From assembly GCA_024641445.1 (NCBI GenBank), contig JAHEDA010000001.1:1-33823 (forward strand): DNA of 33,823 bases. The letters run 5' to 3'. Shown here piece after piece: positions 8,883 to 16,128 of the stretch; position 1 is the stretch's first letter, and every line of letters starts with the position of its first letter. The stretch is from Gammaproteobacteria bacterium (GTDB taxonomy: Bacteria > Pseudomonadota > Gammaproteobacteria > UBA6429 > Thiohalophilaceae). The notes under the pieces were generated by a model. That model did not search any database, had not been told where the DNA came from, and saw nothing but the letters and a program-made list of their open reading frames with translations. Position numbers and translations under genes: made by a program.

Positions 8883-9979
8883 AGTGTTATTCACGGCTGT
8901 ATGCCATCATCAGCAAGGAGGTATTACAGCTACGGCGTGATCGCCTCACGCTGGGCCTCATTGTGGGCATCCCGTTTTTACAGATCATGTTATTTGGTTA
9001 TGCCATCAATACCGACGTGCGTCACCTGCGCGGTGCCGTGGCAGATCTCTCGAATACCTCGCTATCGCGTCAGCTCGTGACGAATGCGGAGGCCACCCAG
9101 GTGATGGACGTGGTGATGCGCGCGGACTCCGCCGAACAACTTGAGTCCTGGTTGAAGGCGGGAAGAGTCGTCATGGGGTTGTATATCCCCAACGACTTTG
9201 ATCGACGCGTGGCGCAGGGCACACGCGCGGCGGCGCAATTATTGGTCGACGGTTCAGACCCGGTGGTCCTGGGTGCCGCACGTCAGCTAGCACAACTCGA
9301 TATACGCTATGACACGGCCAGGCAAATGCCACACCCGCTGTCTTTTATTGAGGTGCGCACTCATTATAATCCTGAGCGGCGCTCGGCCGTGAATATCGTC
9401 CCGGCACTGATCGGTGTGATCCTCACCATGACGATGGTGCTGTTCACCGCCGTGGCCATCGTGCGCGAGCGCGAGCGTGGCAATCTGGAGTTGTTAATCA
9501 ATACCCCGGTGACGACCTTTGAATTGATGCTGGGCAAGATCATCCCCTATATTGTCATCGGACTGTTGCAGGTCACGATCATTTTGCTGCTGGGGGTATT
9601 CGTCTTTTCTGTGCCGATTAACGGCACCCTGTTTGATATCTATTTCGCCTCGCTTATCTTTATTGCCGCCAATCTAACCCTGGGCTTGTTGTTATCCACC
9701 CTGGCCAAGACGCAGTTTCAGGCCATGCAAATGACATTCATTTTTTTCCTCCCGTCGATCCTGCTTTCTGGATTTATGTTTCCCTTCGATGGGATGCCAA
9801 AGCCCGCGCAATATATCGCCGAGATCCTGCCCATGACCCACTTCGTGCGTATCATTCGTGGCATTGTATTGCGCGGGGCGGAGGTGTTCCAACTCAGCCA
9901 GGAGTTATGGGCCTTGGCTGCCTTTGCCGTGATGACGATGAGTCTTGCACTCCTGCGTTTTCGTAAGCGGCTGGATTAA
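8879..9979 (+). CDS. ABC-2 type transporter permease
   Basis: 366 aa with an N-terminal TM helix, a large periplasmic loop and about 5 C-terminal TM helices. This is the typical YbhS/YhhJ-like architecture. Translationally coupled to the ATPase gene. Confidence 0.85.
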   Translation: MKCYSRLYAIISKEVLQLRRDRLTLGLIVGIPFLQIMLFGYAINTDVRHLRGAVADLSNTSLSRQLVTNAEATQVMDVVMRADSAEQLESWLKAGRVVMGLYIPNDFDRRVAQGTRAAAQLLVDGSDPVVLGAARQLAQLDIRYDTARQMPHPLSFIEVRTHYNPERRSAVNIVPALIGVILTMTMVLFTAVAIVRERERGNLELLINTPVTTFELMLGKIIPYIVIGLLQVTIILLLGVFVFSVPINGTLFDIYFASLIFIAANLTLGLLLSTLAKTQFQAMQMTFIFFLPSILLSGFMFPFDGMPKPAQYIAEILPMTHFVRIIRGIVLRGAEVFQLSQELWALAAFAVMTMSLALLRFRKRLD

Positions 9980-10024
9980 GGCGATGTTCTGTTGCGCTTT
10001 ATGTTCCATGGGGTGGTGTGAGCT

Positions 10025-10462
10025 ATGAGCGAGAAACCAGCGTATTCCGGTAATACAGTGATGGCGCGCCCGGACGGCCCGTTAATCTGCGGTAGTGATA
10101 CCGCGGTGGTGGTGCAAGACGCGGAGGCCAAGCTCATCCGTCGAGACGTAGAGGTCGCGCTGTGTCGCTGTGGGGCCTCCAACAACAAACCCTTCTGTGA
10201 CGCCAGCCATAAGCGTATTGGTTTTTCGGCCGGGCAGGAATTTATTGATGAGCGTGAAGAGTCGATCGCGGGGCAATCGGGTGAGCTGGTCATTACTGTA
10301 AAAGCGAATGCGATGTTGAGTGTGAGCGGGCCAGTGACGATCTTCAGCCGCAGCGGCGAGTCGGTCACCACCCGCATGCGTGCAGCGCTATGTCGCTGTG
10401 GCCACTCGGCCAAAAAGCCCTTCTGTGATGGCAGCCATAAGAAGATGGGGTTTGTCGGTTGA
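10025..10462 (+). CDS. CDGSH-type iron-sulfur protein with two CDGSH repeats
   Basis: Two motifs, CRCGASNNKPFCDASH and CRCGHSAKKPFCDGSH, match C-x-C-x2-S-x3-P-x-C-D-G/A-S-H. Confidence 0.9.
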   Translation: MSEKPAYSGNTVMARPDGPLICGSDTAVVVQDAEAKLIRRDVEVALCRCGASNNKPFCDASHKRIGFSAGQEFIDEREESIAGQSGELVITVKANAMLSVSGPVTIFSRSGESVTTRMRAALCRCGHSAKKPFCDGSHKKMGFVG

Positions 10463-10537
10463 TTGCGTCACGGGAATTTTACCCGGTCCTGCGAAAGGAC
10501 CTGTTGATTGCATGGATGTTTCACGCAAAGTCAGCCG

Positions 10538-10576
10538 TATAATCAGGATATGGCGCAGAGTCGGGGACATATCCTG
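10538..10576 (+). promoter_or_regulatory. Candidate -10 box (TATAAT) abutting a 9-bp perfect inverted repeat
   Basis: TATAAT at 10538-10543. CAGGATATG (10544-10552) and CATATCCTG (10568-10576) are separated by 15 nt. I found no good -35 element. The site lies 124 nt upstream of ATG 10700. Confidence 0.3.
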
Positions 10577-10699
10577 TTATGCACTGGATAAACATCTTTC
10601 GTCATTCACGCGCAGGCGTAAATCGAGTAGATTCAGACATCGGGTTTCCTCTCCTGCCGCAGTGAGGGGATAACAGGTTACCCTTATAGAATTATTTGA

Positions 10700-12457
10700 A
10701 TGAGTATAATTGTCCCCGGATCAACCATGGCCGTAAGCAATTCCAGGATTACTCAGGATATAACACAGCATGACCTGCTGGAGATATTCCTGTCTGGCAT
10801 GCGCCAGCGCTTCAAGCATGAAGTGAATCGCCTTACCAGTGGCGCCATGCGGGCGATGCTGGTTGAGCGCACCGATGCCGATGACCTCAGCTTCCTCATG
10901 AGTTATCTCTATGCCTGGCACTGGCTCGACTACCATGTGCACCAGAATTATCGCGAACAGGTGTTGGCAAGCTTTCGTGGCCCCAAGTTTGGTTTTCTCA
11001 TGGACCTGTTGCTGTCGGCGAGTGCTGAAGAGTTTGTGCAGGGCTATATCCAGCACTGGCTGAGCACGGCCGAGGGGCCATTGCAGCGTGAGCAATTACT
11101 CCGCCTCGTCGCTGCTCAGCACAATGACCCACAGGTATTGGCTGCCGACATCCTCTTCGTCTGGCAGGGCTTTGGGCTCTTCAGCAAGACCTACATGGTG
11201 GATTTCAAACAGGTTGGGCGTGAGGAACGCCAACGTTATGAGGGGATGTTGGGTGCCGAAGACCTGGCGCGTCTGGCCTTGGTGGATGCATTGCCTGAAC
11301 CAAAGGATACATGCACAGCAACACCCTACAGCAAGCTCGGCATCATCCCCGCCATGGGCTGTCCGCAGACCTGCCGGCACTGCATGTTTACCTGGCGTCC
11401 ACCCAGGCCCAAACACGAACAGCCAGGGTTGATCTATGAAATGGTCGATGCACATACCGACAGCGTGTTGTTTACCGGTGGCGACCTCACCAAACAGATG
11501 AATTATTTCTACGATGCCATTCGCCGTATGCGGCATGTCAAAAATTTCGCCATCCTCCTGAATGGTGATTTTGCCGATACGCCGGAGCTGGCGAACAGTG
11601 TCTTGGGCGCTATGGCTGAGGCCATCGACTCACGCCCACGAAAGTGGGTAACGGCACGCGTTCTGTTGCAGATCAGCTTTGATGAGTTCCATCAGGAGGT
11701 CTATGTCGATAAGAAGGGGCGGCTGGCCGAGCGCATCCCGGTGGCCAAGATCGCCAACATCGTTGAGGCCTACCCACGCTACGCCGCGCAGATTCAACTT
11801 GCACTGCTGCACAAACAGACCAGCCTGAATTTCTCCATGGACGTGTTACACAAGGGCGTGTTTGCGCGCCTGACCAATGAATTGGCCAGACGGGGTCATA
11901 CGCTACAGGTATTGAGCGCCACTCCATCGCCACGGCAGAAGCGCAACCCCCTCGCGCCCGACGCCCCCGGGACGGTGCTGAAAGATGCCAGCTTTATCCT
12001 GGTCAAATATCCCGATGCGCCAATTCTCCTCACCAGCTCAACCATCGACGGTTATGGCCGTGCCGCACTCCTCGATGAATGGGAGACGGTGAAAGAAAAA
12101 GATCTATTACACGAGGTATTGGAAGGTCGAATACCACCAGGTGAGTCCTTCGATATCGACATGATGTTCTGGTTCAACGGTTGGGTCACACTCTTCAACG
12201 CCGTCCATATCTGTCTGGGCGATGTCTATCAAGACGGCATCGAGGTGATCCTGTCGCGTCAACGCAAGGACCCGCTTTCACAAGCATTGCAGCATTTTGA
12301 CCGCCGCATCATCGAGTTCTATTGTGAGGTGCGGGATAATGTGGAGCGGAAGATTAGCGAAGCCACTGGCCCACATCACCTCTTCCATGCCCTGACCGAG
12401 GAACCCGAGGTCAGATTGCATTTGACACAGCGGTTGATCGATACGGTGATAGAGTAG
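10700..12457 (+). CDS. Radical-SAM-like protein with large N- and C-terminal extensions, subfamily unknown
   Basis: 585 aa. CPQTCRHC (C221/C225/C228, nt 11360-11383) is followed in canonical order by VLFTGGD, AILLNGD and LLQISFDEFH. The start is uncertain (ATG 10700 or 10727), and neither has a clear SD. Confidence 0.65.
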   Translation: MSIIVPGSTMAVSNSRITQDITQHDLLEIFLSGMRQRFKHEVNRLTSGAMRAMLVERTDADDLSFLMSYLYAWHWLDYHVHQNYREQVLASFRGPKFGFLMDLLLSASAEEFVQGYIQHWLSTAEGPLQREQLLRLVAAQHNDPQVLAADILFVWQGFGLFSKTYMVDFKQVGREERQRYEGMLGAEDLARLALVDALPEPKDTCTATPYSKLGIIPAMGCPQTCRHCMFTWRPPRPKHEQPGLIYEMVDAHTDSVLFTGGDLTKQMNYFYDAIRRMRHVKNFAILLNGDFADTPELANSVLGAMAEAIDSRPRKWVTARVLLQISFDEFHQEVYVDKKGRLAERIPVAKIANIVEAYPRYAAQIQLALLHKQTSLNFSMDVLHKGVFARLTNELARRGHTLQVLSATPSPRQKRNPLAPDAPGTVLKDASFILVKYPDAPILLTSSTIDGYGRAALLDEWETVKEKDLLHEVLEGRIPPGESFDIDMMFWFNGWVTLFNAVHICLGDVYQDGIEVILSRQRKDPLSQALQHFDRRIIEFYCEVRDNVERKISEATGPHHLFHALTEEPEVRLHLTQRLIDTVIE

Positions 12458-12632
12458 TTTTACCATAGTTGCTTACTGCAACTCCGGTTTACGATTTTCC
12501 GGTTTGATGTGTGAAAAGCGTAAAAATCGACTATCCAGTCAAAGTCTTCATTCAGAGCGTTGCTTTATAGGCTCATCTACAATTACTGGCGATGTCTGTC
12601 ATTCCGTGGTGAGACGAGTGTATAGTATTCCT

Positions 12633-13655
12633 ATGAAACGTGCGTGGCATCAACTATCTGTGTTTGCAGTTTGTCTGTTGGTGTTCACAACAGTCAGTGC
12701 GGAAGAGTCGCCTTCCGGCGTCGAAGAAAATCCAACCGGGTTCTGGAGTATTCAGTTTGAGAATGATGGCCTGGCGGGGACAAATGATGGTGAATATACC
12801 CACGGTCTCAAACTCGACTACGTCAGCAAGAAGCCCGTGCCGGAGTGGTTGCAGCGGCTCTCGCGGATGACGCCTTTCTACGAGCCGGGAGAGTTGTCGA
12901 ACGTTACCTACACCCTGAGCCAGGAACTCTTTACCCCTTCGGATATCACGATTCCAACCGTGATCCCAGGCGATCGCCCCTACGCGGGTTGGCTGCATGT
13001 CGATATCTCGGCCTTTACCCAGGCAATCATCTCCCCTGACTATTATCACGTCAGCATGGTGGGTATATCGGTCGGCATGGTCGGCCCCAGTGCCGGTGGT
13101 GAGGCCATGCAACGTTTTTTGCACACGCTGGTCAATGTGCATCAACCTCAGGGTTGGTCAAATCAATTGAGTGATGAGGCGGCGCTGGGTCTGAACTATG
13201 TGCACAAGTGGCGCCTGTTTGAACCCGAGCATAAAGGGTATGAATTTGAGGTCAGTCCGCATGCGGTGGTAGCGGTTGGTAATGTCTATACCTATGTGGG
13301 CGGTGGTGTGATGTTTCGTTGGGGTCACGGTCTGCGGCGTGATATTGGTCCCCCCGCGATTCAGCCGGGCTTTGCGGGTAGTACCTATTTTGCACCGGAC
13401 CCAAAACCTAACTGGTATCTCTACGCCGGGCATGAGACACGCTTGATGATTCGGAATATCTTTCTGGATGGTAACACCCTGGTGGGGAGTCAACGGGTTG
13501 AGAAAGAGCCCGTGGTGGGTGACTTACAGTTTGGTATCGTCTTTCACCTCAATCGTATGCGTGTGGCATTCAGCGAGTTGATTCGCACCCATGAGTTCAC
13601 CACCCAGCCCCGCGATGCGCCCTATGGGGCGATCAATCTGGCATTTTATTTTTAG
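12633..13655 (+). CDS. lpxR: LpxR-family (DUF2219) outer-membrane protein, putative lipid A deacylase
   Basis: Signal peptide MKRAWHQLSVFAVCLLVFTTVSA. Family signature WSIQFENDGLAGTNDGEYTHGLKLDY and a beta-barrel-like ending (GAINLAFYF). The ORF-track start at 12504 adds 43 residues ahead of the signal peptide. Confidence 0.72.
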   Translation: MKRAWHQLSVFAVCLLVFTTVSAEESPSGVEENPTGFWSIQFENDGLAGTNDGEYTHGLKLDYVSKKPVPEWLQRLSRMTPFYEPGELSNVTYTLSQELFTPSDITIPTVIPGDRPYAGWLHVDISAFTQAIISPDYYHVSMVGISVGMVGPSAGGEAMQRFLHTLVNVHQPQGWSNQLSDEAALGLNYVHKWRLFEPEHKGYEFEVSPHAVVAVGNVYTYVGGGVMFRWGHGLRRDIGPPAIQPGFAGSTYFAPDPKPNWYLYAGHETRLMIRNIFLDGNTLVGSQRVEKEPVVGDLQFGIVFHLNRMRVAFSELIRTHEFTTQPRDAPYGAINLAFYF

Positions 13656-13706
13656 ACACGCGTTTTAATTATTTGCAAAAAGTCTTTGTGAATGTTCGGG
13701 CCTGGC

Positions 13707-14153
13707 TCAAGTGATACTTGCCAGTATTTTATCGAGTTCATTGGCGAAGCGACGCCGATCTGCCTGATTCAAGGGCGGGGGGCCGCCCGACATCACTCCA
13801 CTGCCGCGCATTTCATCCATGAAGTCACGCAGGGTGAGTTTTTGTCGGATGGTGTTTTCAGAATAGCGTTCGCCGCGTGGATTGAGTGCGATGGCGCCCT
13901 TTGCCAGGACCTCGGCGGCGAGGGGGATGTCGGCGGTGATCACCAGGTCACCGGGCTGTACCTGTGCCTCGATATATTTATCCGCGACGTCAAAGCCGCC
14001 CTCGACCCGAATCGACTTGATATAACGGGAAGGTGGTACCACGAGGGTTTGATTGGCGACCAGTGACAGCGGTAGCTGGACCCGTTCGGCGGCGCGATAG
14101 AGGATTTCCTTAACCACCTTAGGACAGGCGTCGGCATCGACCCAGATATGCAC
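13707..14153 (-). CDS. yaiI: UPF0178 protein YaiI/YqxD family
   Basis: Collinear with E. coli YaiI: [45 protein letters not shown]. Confidence 0.9.
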   Translation of the reverse strand: MHIWVDADACPKVVKEILYRAAERVQLPLSLVANQTLVVPPSRYIKSIRVEGGFDVADKYIEAQVQPGDLVITADIPLAAEVLAKGAIALNPRGERYSENTIRQKLTLRDFMDEMRGSGVMSGGPPPLNQADRRRFANELDKILASIT

Positions 14154-14233
14154 GATGGTTTGAACCTTGTTAGTGAATGACCTGGCAAACGATAGTTTTT
14201 GAATGGGAAGATTTTACGATCAACAGATGGTAG

Positions 14234-14263
14234 CGCGGGCAGGAGAATCAGTCCCTGCCCGCG
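14234..14263 (-). terminator. Stem-loop downstream of the RRM-protein gene
   Basis: 10-bp GC-rich stem (cgcgggcagg / cctgcccgcg) with a 10-nt loop, 7 nt beyond the stop at 14270. There is no strong U-tract on the minus strand. Confidence 0.45.
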
Positions 14264-14269
14264 TAGTGT

Positions 14270-14545
14270 TTAGCGGAAACGGCGACCGCCGCTGCCGCCC
14301 CGAGTTTTGGGTTCATCAAAGCGCACACGCAGATTCTTGCTGCCCATAAATTTATTATCGAGCCCGGCGATGGCGGCACGTGCCTCGTGGCCCTCCATTT
14401 CTACCGAGGCAAAGCCCTTGCACTTACCGCTGAAGACATCGGTGGCAATGCTGAGTGAGCGCACGGTACCAAACTGGGTAAACAATTCACGCACCGTATC
14501 TTCGGTGGCCTCCGGTGGTAGATTGCCAACGAACATCTTTTTCAT
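14270..14545 (-). CDS. RRM-type RNA-binding protein (Rbp family)
   Basis: RNP-2 MFVGNL and RNP-1 KGFASVEM, with a Gly/Arg tail (TRGGSGGRRFR). GGAGGACCACCC is located upstream of the ATG on the minus strand. Confidence 0.9.
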   Translation of the reverse strand: MKKMFVGNLPPEATEDTVRELFTQFGTVRSLSIATDVFSGKCKGFASVEMEGHEARAAIAGLDNKFMGSKNLRVRFDEPKTRGGSGGRRFR

Positions 14546-14860
14546 AGGGTGGTCCTCCAGAGTAGTGACTCGGCAGTGTCGTTGCCGAAATCCTGTTGTC
14601 TTGACCCGCTGTTGACGGGCACTGCATTTGGGTCATGTACACGATGGCGCATGGGCCAGGCACGCGCATGAAACTTTAATTAGTGGTTCTTGCCGCCGGG
14701 CTTCGTGCCAATTGTGGTCAAGGGTCGTTATAAACGACCAGTTACAGGCCGTTTTGGGTAGGTGCTGGGCCAGAACAGTGCGCGCCACTGTAGCATTTAA
14801 TAGGGGCGCTCACCACCAATAAAAAGGTGGGTGGACGTCTGTACGGGACGGCTTGAGAGT

Positions 14861-15808
14861 TTAGGCGACGCTACCCAGCCAGAAGTTGACGTTCTTGTCG
14901 ATGAACTCCTTGTAGGTCATATAGTGCGAACCATCACAGGAGAAGGTGAGGCTTATCAGGCCGTTGAAGATATTGATTGAAGACGAACGCAGATAGATAT
15001 TCTCGTCAGCAAAGCGCAACTGCTTCATGTTGTCGAGGATCTCATAGATTGCACCGGACGGGATAATGGCATTGTCCGGATAGGGTTGCACCCGATAGGC
15101 CAGGCAGATATCCGGGTCGGTCAATTCCTCGTGAGTAAGGATGCGGTAACGATAGGGGTCATCGAAGAACCAGATGGTGGCACGGCTGCTGGAATAGTGA
15201 AACACACCCTGAAACATGCCTCGATCGACAAAGAGTTCTTCCAGAATCGAATTGGCCTGATCGATGTTGCGATCGAGCGGACTCTCGACACGGGTCTGTA
15301 AAAAAATATTGCTGCGGATGGCGGCATCACCCTTAATCTGACGCCACTTGGTTGGCTCCTCGTAGAGATCGGCGGTGACCGGTAGATTGCGCAGGTCGAA
15401 GTCGGCACCGACAAAGCCGACGGCGTTGCCATCGTGGCGCACCAATTGGAGTGCCGTGAGCGAGGGGCGTGAGACGCGCAGACTGATATAGGCGTCAGAG
15501 AGTAGAAAGCCACTTGCTGGCACGGCCTCTTTCATATAAGGGCGGCTGGAACGATCCCGCCCGAAGTGCTCAGGTAACAGGCCGGTGAGGGCGATGTTGT
15601 CACTGATTTGAATACCATGTGTATCGAGGGCGTAGAGGAAGGTGCAGTAAGGGACCTCTTTCAGGTGGCGATTCAGGACCTCATCGAGTTTTTCGCGCTC
15701 TGGCCAGACCGACGCACACTCACTCGCGATGCGACCGAGTGGTTCAGACAGGGTCGCCTCGAGTTCATGACGTTGGCGTTGGATGCTTTCCTTGAGGGTC
15801 TTGATCAT
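14861..15808 (-). CDS. Cytoplasmic stand-alone Cache/PDC-like domain protein, function unknown
   Basis: 315 aa with no signal peptide or TM helix. GRDRSSRPYMKEA ... LLSDAYISLRVSRPSLTALQLV ... GFVGADFDLRNL resembles the Cache/PDC core pattern. I do not recognise the C-terminal ~150 aa. Confidence 0.5.
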   Translation of the reverse strand: MIKTLKESIQRQRHELEATLSEPLGRIASECASVWPEREKLDEVLNRHLKEVPYCTFLYALDTHGIQISDNIALTGLLPEHFGRDRSSRPYMKEAVPASGFLLSDAYISLRVSRPSLTALQLVRHDGNAVGFVGADFDLRNLPVTADLYEEPTKWRQIKGDAAIRSNIFLQTRVESPLDRNIDQANSILEELFVDRGMFQGVFHYSSSRATIWFFDDPYRYRILTHEELTDPDICLAYRVQPYPDNAIIPSGAIYEILDNMKQLRFADENIYLRSSSINIFNGLISLTFSCDGSHYMTYKEFIDKNVNFWLGSVA

Positions 15809-16128
15809 CTTGAGTGTTCCGGGTTTGCCGGGTTTGATTATAGGGCGAGCTAAAGGTTCAGCAAATGGATTGTGGAACTCTTGCGTGGCATTTCCAGCTC
15901 GGCAAGGGGCATTCGGGCGCCAACGCGCCGAGTCAAGCCTGGGCCAGCATTGTTGCCAGAACGTGACGATTATTCCCTGACCGGATGAATTTGCACTATT
16001 TCATGGCAATCACCGGGCGGGGCCCGCATTTTATGGCTGGGATAGACTATAATAGCCTTCCAGTTTATCCATTTGCTCGGGCCGACCTGTTCCCCATTTC
16101 GCCTGAGTACTTCCCGAAAGGTCCCGGC

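Noticed and set aside
9976-10413. 145-aa ORF antisense to the CDGSH gene
   Set aside because: The plus-strand frame contains two textbook CDGSH motifs. The antisense product is low-complexity, Ser/Pro/Arg-rich and has no motif.
10512-10673. 54-aa Arg-rich ORF in the CDGSH/rSAM intergenic region, considered as a possible rSAM substrate peptide
   Set aside because: It has no SD, it is extremely basic and low-complexity, and it overlaps the candidate promoter/inverted repeat. It has no Cys/Ser/Thr-rich core typical of RiPP precursors.
12504-12632. ORF-track N-terminal extensions: 12504 for LpxR-like, 15985 for deaD, 25129 for TlpA-like, 1216 for arfB, 24566 and 22770
   Set aside because: In each case an internal start gives a proper signal peptide or homologue-length N-terminus, often with an SD. 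The extension is non-conserved-looking or overlaps the upstream gene.
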